Of a DNA stretch of 56,865 nucleotides, positions 18,401 through 27,164 are shown piece after piece. The notes under the pieces were generated by a model. It saw only the letters and a list, made by a program, of their open reading frames with translations. It was not told the origin of the DNA and searched no databases. Every line of letters begins with the position of its first letter. The first letter of the stretch is position 1. The stretch is taken from assembly GCA_030620115.1 (NCBI GenBank), contig JAUXFG010000003.1:1-56865 (forward strand), written 5' to 3'. This DNA comes from Candidatus Fermentibacterota bacterium (lineage in GTDB: Bacteria; JAFGKV01). The position numbers and the translations under genes were made by a program.

Positions 18401-18580
18401 GGGTTCGCGCAGAAATAACTTCGCATTATGACATCCCATATTCATCCCGCCGTCGGCGGGACTACGCCTCCCGTCTACGCCAAGGCTCCGCCGGGGCAAG
18501 CCGGTTTCGCTCCCTCGGGGAGGCCAATCCTGCGGCAAATCTGTGCGCCAAGACTGCGAACTCATTCCTGTGCGAACCCT
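18401..18580 (+). mobile_element. M2 MITE-like element, full copy E1 (17-bp terminal inverted repeats)
   Basis: Left end AGGGTTCGCGCAGAAAT. Right end ATTCCTGTGCGAACCCT, whose reverse complement is AGGGTTCGCACAGGAAT (15/17 match). No ORF. Flanked by TTA ... TTG. Confidence 0.7.
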
Positions 18581-18614
18581 TGGGGTCTGCCCCCTGCTTC
18601 TCAGACTGAGGCCC

Positions 18615-18780
18615 GGGGTCATCGCGAGCGATAGCGCGGCGATCTCGATGGGCCAATGAGATTGCTTCGTCGCTACCCTCCTCGCAATGACTGATGGTGG
18701 GGGGCACGATTCCGGGATCTCTCCATGGGACATTGTATTCCCATCGTGTGCCGTAGTGCTAGGCCGAGACCGTAAGAGCC
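18615..18780 (-). repeat. M3 palindromic-unit repeat, copy F1
   Basis: GGGGTCATCGCGAGCG...GAGATTGCTTCGTCGC...CTCGCAATGAC...GGCCGAGACCGTAA. Alignable with 43906-44127 and, as reverse complement, with 39350-39531. Confidence 0.75.
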
Positions 18781-18869
18781 AAGAATGAAACATCCGCTCC
18801 ATTCTTGGGTCTGCCCGCTGATTCTCACACTGAGGCGTGTTCGTCTCATAGGAAGCCCGTCTTGATGTC

Positions 18870-20267
18870 TTAGGATTTGCGCGTAATCGGGTACTGCTGC
18901 CCATACGACGCTATGGTGACCTTCGGAATGCCGGCGTCGAGCATCCGATCCTTGAGCGAGAGTTGGGCTTTCTCCTCACCGTGGACCAGGAACACCTCTC
19001 TCAGCCTCGATCTATCCATTTTATCCAGATATCGTAGTATCTCACCATAGTCCGCATGCGCACTGAATGCATTGATCGATTCCACGTGCGCTCTCAACTG
19101 AAAAGATTCTCCGAAGATATTCACTTCTCGTTCTCTGTTCACGAGCTTCCTGCCAAGCGTGTTCTCCGCCATGAAGCCGACTATCAAGACAGTATTCGAT
19201 TCATCCTCTATGTTGTTTCTCAGATGATGCAATATCCTTCCAGCTTCGCACATTCCACTCGCCGAGATGATTATCATAGGGCCAGGCATTCTGTTCAGTT
19301 CTTTGCTGTCACGGACATCTCGGATATAGTGGAGTCCTTCGAACCCGAAGGGGTTCCTATTATGATTCAGGAACACTTGCCTTGTTTCCGCATCAAAGCA
19401 CTCAGGGTGCATCCGGAATATGCCGGTGGCGCTAATGGCCATGGGGCTGTCCACAAAAATCGGCAACTCGCGTGGTATGGCCCCTCGATCTTTCAGCAGA
19501 TGGAGGAAGTAGATGATCTCCTGAGTTCTCTCCACTGCGAATGCAGGGATAATGAGCTTCCCTCTGGTCTCGACGATTCGACCTATCACCGCTCCGAGGC
19601 GATCCTCCGCGTCCTTGATATCATCGTGAAGACGATCGCCGTAGGTGCTCTCGCACACGAGGTAGTCCACCGCGGGTATCATCTGCGGATCTCTCAGAAT
19701 CGGGAGACCGGGTCTGCCGAGATCTCCCGTGAATCCAATGGTAAGGCCATCGGTCAACTCCATCACCACCAGTGAAGAACCAAGAATATGCCCTGCATCG
19801 TAGAATGTCACGGTGGCTCCTGGAATCGTGAAGGTCCTCCGATACCCGAATGCCACCACTTGCCCCAATGCAACGGTCACGTCCGCATCATCGTAAAGGG
19901 GGTCAGGGATGAACTCCTTGCCCTTCTTCCTCGCAAACTCGGCATCCTTCTCCTGAATGTACGCGGAATCAAGCATGATGAGGCTCGCAAGATCCCTTGT
20001 TGCCGGGGTGCAATAGATATTGCCATTGAAACCGTTTTTCGTGACATAGGGCAGATGGCCACAATGGTCGAAATGAGCATGGGTAAGAATGATTGCGTCT
20101 ACTGCCGAGGGGTCGAAAGGGAGATCAGTATTCTTCTTATATGCCTCTTTTCGTCTTCCCTGAAACATGCCTGCATCGATCATGATGGTGTGCTGTCCTG
20201 TATCCACGAAGTGTTTGGATCCAGTCACTTCCTGACACGCACCCCATGAGTAGAAAAACGCTCCCAT
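18870..20267 (-). CDS. MBL-fold beta-CASP family ribonuclease (RNase J/CPSF-like)
   Basis: ILTHAHFDHCGHLP (HxHxDH), beta-CASP-type middle region, C-terminal SAHADY. 465 aa. AGGGAG SD. Confidence 0.85.
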   Translation of the reverse strand: MGAFFYSWGACQEVTGSKHFVDTGQHTIMIDAGMFQGRRKEAYKKNTDLPFDPSAVDAIILTHAHFDHCGHLPYVTKNGFNGNIYCTPATRDLASLIMLDSAYIQEKDAEFARKKGKEFIPDPLYDDADVTVALGQVVAFGYRRTFTIPGATVTFYDAGHILGSSLVVMELTDGLTIGFTGDLGRPGLPILRDPQMIPAVDYLVCESTYGDRLHDDIKDAEDRLGAVIGRIVETRGKLIIPAFAVERTQEIIYFLHLLKDRGAIPRELPIFVDSPMAISATGIFRMHPECFDAETRQVFLNHNRNPFGFEGLHYIRDVRDSKELNRMPGPMIIISASGMCEAGRILHHLRNNIEDESNTVLIVGFMAENTLGRKLVNREREVNIFGESFQLRAHVESINAFSAHADYGEILRYLDKMDRSRLREVFLVHGEEKAQLSLKDRMLDAGIPKVTIASYGQQYPITRKS

Positions 20268-20340
20268 ATCTGACTCCCTTTCAAAAAAAGATCACGATTG
20301 TTTTGATGCGGGATAATCGCCTGGCATTGAACCAAACCTC

Positions 20341-20556
20341 AGGCTTCGCACAGGAATAATTCCACATTTTGACATCCCATCTTCAGCGCATCTAGAGCGC
20401 GGATCTCTCGCCAATCTTCTGCTTTCCCTCTTTGGAGTGCGGTAGCCCCGCGTACTGCGCCTCCCGTCTGCGCCAAGGCTTCGCCGAGGCAGGCCGGTGG
20501 GCACGGCATGCCGTGCCCCTACATGGGGAGCCCAATTCCAGGACAAATCTATGCGC
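20341..20556 (+). mobile_element. M2 element, copy E2 (3' end truncated against the prfB stop)
   Basis: AGGCTTCGCACAGGAATAATTCCACATTTTGACATCCCATCTTCAGCGCATCTAGAGCGCGGATCTCTCGCC.... The interior is nearly identical to copy E4. Confidence 0.65.
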
Positions 20557-21650
20557 GTTTCCCACCCAACAAGAAGGCCTCGATGAAACCATCGATATTG
20601 CCGTCAAGAACGCCCTGGACATTGCCGACTTCAACCCCGGTGCGGTGGTCCTTCACCAGCGAATACGGGTGGAGCACGTATGATCTGATCTGACTTCCCC
20701 AAGCGATCTCGCTCTTGGCGGCATGGATTTTGGCCCGTTTCGCTTCCTCCTCCTCAAGTTTCTTCTGGTAGAGGCGGCTCAATAGAATTTTCATGGCATT
20801 CTCGCGGTTCCTGAACTGAGATCGCTCATTCTGACATTGGACCACGATGCCCGTAGGGATATGCGTGATTCGTATGGCAGAGCTTGTCTTGTTCACATGC
20901 TGTCCACCGGCGCCGGAAGCCCGATAAGTATCCACTCTCAGATCACTCTCATCGATCTCAATGGTGATATCATCGTCGACTTCCGGATATACGAATACAG
21001 AGGCAAAGGATGTGTGCCGCCTATGGTTGGCGTCAAATGGCGAGAGTCGAACGAGCCGGTGAACCCCTCTCTCGGCTTTCAAGTATCCATACGCATGGTC
21101 TCCACGGACCTCAACACTCATGCTCTTGATCCCCGCCTCCTCTCCAGCGAGAAAATCCATAATCTTCCAAGAAAATCCCCTCTTCTCAGCCCATCTCTGA
21201 TACATCCTGGCCAGCATTTCCGCCCAATCCATGGATTCGGTACCTCCGGCGCCGGGATGAAGCGACAAGATGGCGTTTCGGCTGTCGTCCGGTCCGCTCA
21301 ACATGTGGGAGAGCTCAAGCCGCCGAATCTTCCTCAGGAGCTCTTGGGCGCCCTGGTCTACCTCCTCGAGCACCTCCTCTTCGCCCTCCTCTTCAGCCAG
21401 ATGTGCCAGCTCTGTCAGATCCTCCCATTCCGCGCCCAATGTCTCAATACCGTCGAGTTCTTCCCGAACACGGGTCAGCTGCTGGAGTACGGCTCTTGCC
21501 GAGTTCGGATCGCCCCAGAAGTCAGGCGCATTGCTCTTCTTTTCGAGGTCGTTGACCCTCGACAGAAGTGAGTCAGCGTCAAAGAAAACCTCGGAGCGCA
21601 TCTATTCTTTCTTTGGCAGCGTTCAATCGATCCATAGTTTCCTTGGACAT
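20549..21650 (-). CDS. prfB: peptide chain release factor 2, requires programmed +1 frameshift (21650..21582 in frame 0, then 21580..20549)
   Basis: SPFD and GGQHVNKTSSAIRITHIPTG motifs. An upstream 23-codon frame MSKETMDRLNAAKERIDALRGFL ends in CTT TGA C. Shifting +1 continues DADSLLSRVNDLEKK..., which aligns with E. coli RF2 after its frameshift site. Confidence 0.95.
21578..21584 (-). promoter_or_regulatory. prfB: prfB +1 ribosomal frameshift site CUU UGA C
   Basis: The minus strand reads ...CGA GGT TTT CTT TGA CGC.... An SD-like GAGG lies upstream of the slippery CUU. Confidence 0.9.
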
Positions 21651-22282
21651 GGCAAAGTCCCCCCTTGGGGCCCCGCTGGACCCGCTAGAATAACTCTGTA
21701 TAAAGCATGAACTCGTTCCATCAGATCATCCCTTGATCCATGGTTGTCAACCACCACATGACATCCGTTTCGTTTATCCACTTCGGGAAGCTGGAACCTC
21801 TCCAACCGCCGCAGAACGGCAAGGTCTCTCCCCGCGGCAACCAGACGCTTGTGACGAAGCGCCTTGGAGCAGTGCACAAACACCAGCAGGTCAAAATACG
21901 ATCCTATCCCCCATTCGGGAATAAGCGCGGCGTCGATCACTACCGGTCTATCCGGCCGCTGTTGCCACGCTTCGCGAACCTTGCCGGCCAGCCTTTTCAG
22001 CAGCGGCGGGTGCATGATCGCGTTCAACGTCTTCATGGTTGTGCGTCTTCGTAGTGCTGCGTCGGCCAGGCGTGTACGATCCACGCCTTCAACACTCCGG
22101 ATTCCAGGTCCGAACGCAGAAACCAACGCCTCCACAATGGGAGACTCCACCAAAAGCCCGTGTCCTTCCACATCGGCATTGATGACCGTGGCGCCCAAGT
22201 GCTCCATGCCCGAGGCGACGGAGCTCTTCCCGCTCCCAGGCAGCCCTACGATTCCAAGAAGGATCACTGAGCTACTTTGCAT
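21623..22282 (-). CDS. coaE: dephospho-CoA kinase
   Basis: P-loop GIVGLPGSGKSS, then INADVEGH and AALIPE. 219 aa. The 3' end overlaps the prfB start by 28 nt. Confidence 0.9.
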   Translation of the reverse strand: MQSSSVILLGIVGLPGSGKSSVASGMEHLGATVINADVEGHGLLVESPIVEALVSAFGPGIRSVEGVDRTRLADAALRRRTTMKTLNAIMHPPLLKRLAGKVREAWQQRPDRPVVIDAALIPEWGIGSYFDLLVFVHCSKALRHKRLVAAGRDLAVLRRLERFQLPEVDKRNGCHVVVDNHGSRDDLMERVHALYRVILAGPAGPQGGTLPCPRKLWID

Positions 22283-24962
22283 CGAGCCAATTGGCGCCCC
22301 ATCCCACGTCTACCTTCAATGGCACGGAGAGCTTCATGGCCCCCTCCATGGCGGCTGCGACCACTGCTCCGGTCTCTTCAGCATGCTCCTCTTCTACTTC
22401 CAACACGAGTTCATCATGAACCTGGAGAAGGAGGAAAGCCGGCATCTGTTGCTCACAAATCTCGCGGTGCACGGAGAGCATGGCGATTTTCATAAGATCC
22501 GCGGCGCTGCCCTGCACGGGTGTGTTGATGGCCATACGTTCAGCAGCTTGCTTCCTTCCGCCGTCCATGGCCTCGATGTCGGGCAGAGGCCGCCATCTCC
22601 CCAGTATCGTCCGCACGCCGCCTTCAGCCCGGGCACCCTGAATCGTGCTGTCCATATAGCCCTTGATCGCCGGAAAGCGATGGAAATATCGTTGGATGAA
22701 CTCACTGGCCTCAGCCTGTGTGATTCCCGTGTCCCTGGCGAGTCTTCTGGGACCCATGCCGTACAGCACTCCGAAGTTGATTGCCTTTGCCCGGGTACGG
22801 AGCTCTGAGGATACATCACCAGGCGGTACATCGAATATCCGCGCAGCTGTTTCAGCATGGATGTCCATGCCGGAAGCAAACGCGTCGCTGAGTTCCTTGT
22901 CTTGTGCGAGATGAGCGAGCATGCGGAGCTCGATCTGAGAGTAGTCTGCCACCAACAAGACATAGCCGGGAGGCGCCACGAATGCTTTGCGAACCTTCTT
23001 CCCCAGTTCGCCTCGTATCGGGATGTTTTGAAGATTAGGATTACTGGACGAAAGCCTGCCAGTGGCCGCCACTGCTTGATTGAAACTGGTATGGATTCTC
23101 CCTGTCCGGGGATGCACGAGCTTCGGCAATGTATCAACATACGTGCTCTTCAGCTTCGCCAGATTACGATACTCCATGATACGAGCCACCAGCGGATGTT
23201 CGGCCATGGTTTCGAGAACCGCCGCGTTGGTGGAGTATCCGCTTTTTGTTCTCCGTAATCGTTTTATGCCCAGCTTCTTGTGCACTTCGAGCTTCTCGAA
23301 AAGGATGTAGCCCAACTGCTTGGTGGAGTTCACATTAAACTCCTCCCCCGCCAGCTCTTTGATTTCACGCTCCAGCGTCACAATCTGGGCACCGAAATCC
23401 AGCCCCAGTCGATGGACATAGGGGACATCAAGACAGATCCCGCGGCGCTCCATGGCGCAGAGGACATTGATGAGCGGGAGCTCGACATCACGATAGAGCT
23501 CTTCCAATTCCATGGCGGCAAGCTTGGGCTCGAAGTGGTGATGAAGCCGTAGTGCCATATCGGCGTCTTCGCACGCGTACTCGGCAACCTCATCTACAGG
23601 GACGAGATCCATGGTGATCTGGCTCTTGCCCTTCCCGATTAGTTGTTCGGTAGGGATTTTCTTGATGCCCAGGTGGCGGAGGGAAAGGAAATCAAGATTC
23701 CGTTGCCGAAGATTCGGTTCGACCAGATAGGAAGCGATCATTGTATCGAAGGCGAGGCCTCGCACCCTGATGCCAACCTCTTGAAGCACCTCCATGTCAT
23801 ACTTGGAATTCTGGCCACCCTTGGCCAGATGTTCGTCTTCCAACAGTGGACCAAGTTTCTCCCATACGATGTTCGTCGAAAGGCCTTCCTCTCCCAGAGG
23901 AACATAGTATGCCTCGCCCTCACATAGGCTCAGCGATATCCCAATCGGCACGGCCTTCATTGGATCCAGGGATGTGGTTTCGAGATCAAAGGCAAAAGGA
24001 CCATGGCCGCGCAAGATAGTGATGAGCCGGTCCAGCGCTTCCTCTGTGGTTACCGTGTGATAGGAGCGTGTGATCTCCGGTTTGGCATCAACCTGTACCC
24101 TCATTGCAAGTGAGCCGAATTCAAGCTCCGTGTAGATGCGGACCAGTTCATTGGCATCGGCCTTACCACATTCCAAGAGATAGGAGCCCATCTCCAAGGG
24201 GACATCGGTCCTGAGCTGCACTAGCTCACGCGAAAGCAATGCCAAATCTGCATGTTTCTCGAACGCGTCCCGAATTGCGTTCCACGGGATTTCCCGCCAA
24301 TGCTCGAGAACCCCATGAAGGGTGCCAAACATCTCGAGAAGCTTGACCGCCCGCTTCGGGCCCACACCCGGTATGCCGGGGATATTGTCACTGGAATCCC
24401 CCGTGAGCGCAAGAAAATCTCCCATGAGAGAGGGGGGCACACCGTACTTTTCCTTTACCTCAGGAGATCCGAGTATGACTATTTGGCCTGCTCTCGGTGG
24501 CGGCAATAGGTGCACGTGCTCGTCCACAAGTTGAGCCATGTCTTTGTCAGAGGTGACGAGAAAGCACCCATGGCCGTGGGAGGTGACCCAGCGGGCCAGT
24601 GTCGCCATGATATCGTCCGCCTCGAACCCGGGGACGATGAACACCGGGATACCGTTGGCCTCCACTATCCGCTGCATCTGGGGAAGCTGTTCGCGGAGCT
24701 CGTCCGGCATCTTCTCCCTGGTTGCCTTGTACGCCTCGAACTTCTCATGTCTGAATGTGGGACCGGGGGCGTCAAATGTCGCCACCAGGGGGTTGCCCGA
24801 TGCGGCTTCCTTCACGGCCTCCAAGGTCATTATGAAGCCATAGATGCCGCCTGTGGCCTTCCCCGTGCTGGTCTGGAGTGCTTGTCTCTTCATGCCGTGG
24901 AATGCTCTATAGGCCATGGCGGTCCCGTCGAGTATATACAGGCTTTTCCCTGTGGCGCACAG
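22272..24962 (-). CDS. polA: DNA polymerase I (5' nuclease, 3'-5' exo and polymerase domains)
   Basis: FAFDLETTSLDP (ExoI), DYSQIELRMLAHL, RTRAKAINFGVLYGM, LQVHDELVLEV. The first ATG (24917) would cut off the conserved LYILDGTA 5'-nuclease N-terminus. The only upstream in-frame candidate is CTG at 24962, 6 nt after AAGGAGG. Confidence 0.9.
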   Translation of the reverse strand: MCATGKSLYILDGTAMAYRAFHGMKRQALQTSTGKATGGIYGFIMTLEAVKEAASGNPLVATFDAPGPTFRHEKFEAYKATREKMPDELREQLPQMQRIVEANGIPVFIVPGFEADDIMATLARWVTSHGHGCFLVTSDKDMAQLVDEHVHLLPPPRAGQIVILGSPEVKEKYGVPPSLMGDFLALTGDSSDNIPGIPGVGPKRAVKLLEMFGTLHGVLEHWREIPWNAIRDAFEKHADLALLSRELVQLRTDVPLEMGSYLLECGKADANELVRIYTELEFGSLAMRVQVDAKPEITRSYHTVTTEEALDRLITILRGHGPFAFDLETTSLDPMKAVPIGISLSLCEGEAYYVPLGEEGLSTNIVWEKLGPLLEDEHLAKGGQNSKYDMEVLQEVGIRVRGLAFDTMIASYLVEPNLRQRNLDFLSLRHLGIKKIPTEQLIGKGKSQITMDLVPVDEVAEYACEDADMALRLHHHFEPKLAAMELEELYRDVELPLINVLCAMERRGICLDVPYVHRLGLDFGAQIVTLEREIKELAGEEFNVNSTKQLGYILFEKLEVHKKLGIKRLRRTKSGYSTNAAVLETMAEHPLVARIMEYRNLAKLKSTYVDTLPKLVHPRTGRIHTSFNQAVAATGRLSSSNPNLQNIPIRGELGKKVRKAFVAPPGYVLLVADYSQIELRMLAHLAQDKELSDAFASGMDIHAETAARIFDVPPGDVSSELRTRAKAINFGVLYGMGPRRLARDTGITQAEASEFIQRYFHRFPAIKGYMDSTIQGARAEGGVRTILGRWRPLPDIEAMDGGRKQAAERMAINTPVQGSAADLMKIAMLSVHREICEQQMPAFLLLQVHDELVLEVEEEHAEETGAVVAAAMEGAMKLSVPLKVDVGWGANWLDAK

Positions 24963-25588
24963 TTCATACCTCCTTGTGTGGCTTCTCCGGCCGCGGCTCC
25001 GTAGAGTTCTTCCTGTTCCACGATATCGGCTACCCGGTCATGGACCCAATACCGGATCGAGTGGCCGCCGCCGACCCGCTCCCGAAGATAGGTGGAGGAG
25101 ATCGGCAATGGAGGAATGCGCAGTAGTGTGCTCTGCGAACGAAAAACGATGGGGGCGTGTTCGATGGGGTATTCCGGACGTGGGAAGACGACAAGGCTGC
25201 AAAGGCGCAGTATCTCATCCGGATCTTTCCACGACTCGAGCTCGAGCAAGGCATCAGATCCCACGATAAGGAAGATCTCCTTCCATTCCGGGTGATCTTC
25301 CCGCAGCACATAAAGCGTTCGTACGGTATAGCTGGGGGGTGTCATCGTTCGCTCCAAATCCCAAACCTCGAATCGCGGATTATCCTTGATGGCAGCATGC
25401 ACCATCGCCAATCGGGTATCGAATGGTGTCATCTGTACATTGGTCTTGTGCGGTGGCACGAACGCAGGAAGAAAGATGACTCTGTCCAAGAAAAGCCGTT
25501 CGAGAGCTTCTTGTGCCACCACAAGATGCGCCATGTGCGGCGGATCAAAGGTCCCCCCCAGAATCCCCACCTTCCGACACGGTGTCAT
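24890..25588 (-). CDS. nadD: nicotinate-nucleotide adenylyltransferase
   Basis: GILGGTFDPPHMAHL (HxGH-type), FLPAFVPPHK, ISSTYLR. Start set at the ATG 25588 after GAGGAAG. The ~35-aa C-terminal tail overlaps the polA start region. Confidence 0.9.
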   Translation of the reverse strand: MTPCRKVGILGGTFDPPHMAHLVVAQEALERLFLDRVIFLPAFVPPHKTNVQMTPFDTRLAMVHAAIKDNPRFEVWDLERTMTPPSYTVRTLYVLREDHPEWKEIFLIVGSDALLELESWKDPDEILRLCSLVVFPRPEYPIEHAPIVFRSQSTLLRIPPLPISSTYLRERVGGGHSIRYWVHDRVADIVEQEELYGAAAGEATQGGMNCAPQGKACIYSTGPPWPIEHSTA

Positions 25589-25873
25589 TCCAACTTCCTC
25601 ATTTCTTTCTTCATTCAGGCATTCCCGCAATTCCCCTTCTCCTCCCCCCAGATTCTTCGGTCGCTCCGTTCCCTCAGAATGACACACCATTCCCAAAATC
25701 CTCCCAATCTCCTCTCCCGATCTGTGTAATCTGTGGTTCCCGCATTCCTCTCCTCAATCCAGCAATCCCCAACATACCCGGTTCTCTGTGTGCACACAAG
25801 AGGCGGCCATTGCCCCCACTATGGACAGCGCTATCTTCTCGGCGAACTCAAGGGTTCTCGCAGGAGGACAGCC

Positions 25874-26200
25874 ATGACTATGCATCCCGGGGAGGATGAT
25901 CAGCTTCCCTATGGTCCTGATCCCGTTCCCCTCGATCTTGGCGACGAGCTCGACCTTCACGCTTTCAACCCCCGAGAGGTATCCGAACTGATCCCGGAAT
26001 ACCTGTCTGCCTGTCGGGAAGCGGGCATTCTCAATGTAAGAATCGTACATGGCAAGGGTAGAGGCACGCTGCGCAGAACCGTACATGCCATCTTGGACAA
26101 GCTGCCATGGGTGGAGCACTATTCCCTGGCGCCCGGGGACAGGGGCCATTGGGGGGCAACTCTGGTGAGACTCTATCCCTTATTGGAATCAAGTAGTTAA
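25874..26200 (+). CDS. Smr domain protein
   Basis: LDLHAF ... VRIVHGKGRGTLRRTVHAIL ... GGHWGATLVRL. ATG 25874 is preceded by AGGAGGA. Confidence 0.75.
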   Translation: MTMHPGEDDQLPYGPDPVPLDLGDELDLHAFNPREVSELIPEYLSACREAGILNVRIVHGKGRGTLRRTVHAILDKLPWVEHYSLAPGDRGHWGATLVRLYPLLESSS

Positions 26201-26240
26201 ACCCTATGACCTCCCATACACCCAACTCACGTTGGCCTGA

Positions 26241-27014
26241 TCAGTCGCTGTCTCCGCTCAACAGCCCTCCCAGGATTCCTCCGCCAAGCCCTGCCACTCC
26301 CTTGCGTTCGCCTTTGCGCCCCGTAAAGCGGGCTGCGGCAGCGATACGGTCCGCCAACCGCGAGAATGGAAGCGTCTGGAGGAAAACCTTACCAGGACCG
26401 GTGATTTTCGCCAGGAAGATACCCTCGCCTCCGAACATCGCATTCTTGAAGCCACCCATGAACTGGATATCATAGCTCACTGATTCTTGGAATGCCACGA
26501 GACATCCTGTGTCCACCCGGAGCGACTGTCCAGGTGATAGATCTCGTTCGAAAACCGTGCCCCCGGCATGCACAAAGGCCAATCCGTTCCCCTTCAACCG
26601 TTGGAGTATGAAACCTTCACCCCCAAAGAGACCTGCGCCGATCCGTTTCGTGAAGGCGACAGTGATTTCTATGCCTTTGGCGGAACAGAGGTAGGCATCC
26701 TTCTGGCACAGAAAGTTCCCGCCAAATTGCGCGAGATCGAGGGGGATGATCTTCCCTGGATACGGTGCCGCGAATGCGACGCTGCTTTTCCCTGTTCCCT
26801 TATGGGTGAAGGAAGTGATAAAGAAACTCTCGCCGACGATGGTGCGTTTGAGCCCCTTGAGCATTCCCCCACCAGTGGAAGTCGACATCTCGATGCCGTC
26901 ATCCATGTACAGCATGGCCCCAGCCTCGGCACGAACCGACTCGCCTGGATCGAGCTCTATGCTGACCATCTGCATATCGTCGCCATGAATGGTGTAGTCG
27001 ATTTCATCAATCAT
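26241..27014 (-). CDS. AIM24/TIGR00266 (DUF124) family protein
   Basis: MIDEIDYTIHGDDMQMVSIELDPGESVRAEAGAMLYMD ... FGGEGFILQRLKGNGLAFV, typical of the family. Gly-rich C-terminus. Confidence 0.8.
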   Translation of the reverse strand: MIDEIDYTIHGDDMQMVSIELDPGESVRAEAGAMLYMDDGIEMSTSTGGGMLKGLKRTIVGESFFITSFTHKGTGKSSVAFAAPYPGKIIPLDLAQFGGNFLCQKDAYLCSAKGIEITVAFTKRIGAGLFGGEGFILQRLKGNGLAFVHAGGTVFERDLSPGQSLRVDTGCLVAFQESVSYDIQFMGGFKNAMFGGEGIFLAKITGPGKVFLQTLPFSRLADRIAAAARFTGRKGERKGVAGLGGGILGGLLSGDSD

Positions 27015-27098
27015 GATGTCCTCCTTTTGTGGCCGTTTTCGGGTTCAGAGTTTCCCGCTGGAAGGGGGATCAAGGTTATCTTTCAGATCCCACGAATC

Positions 27099-27157
27099 AA
27101 CGGTTCGATTTCCGGTGAACCCTGAACCTATGAACCTTTCAACCCGTGAACGGTTAC
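27099..27157. repeat. 7-9-nt periodic GGTTC(A) tract
   Basis: The minus strand reads GTTCACGGGTTGAAAGGTTCATAGGTTCAGGGTTCACCGGAAATCGAACC. It lies between the ASKHA stop and the AIM24 start and also contains the heptamer GTTCGAT (27103-27109). Confidence 0.7.
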
Positions 27158-27164
27158 CTCCCCT

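Noticed and set aside
20837-21571. 244-aa ORF antisense to prfB, and similar antisense ORFs at 19056-19775, 21864-22808, 6442-7215, 28072-28752 and 29733-30416
   Set aside because: Each lies opposite a confidently identified gene and shows no recognisable domain.
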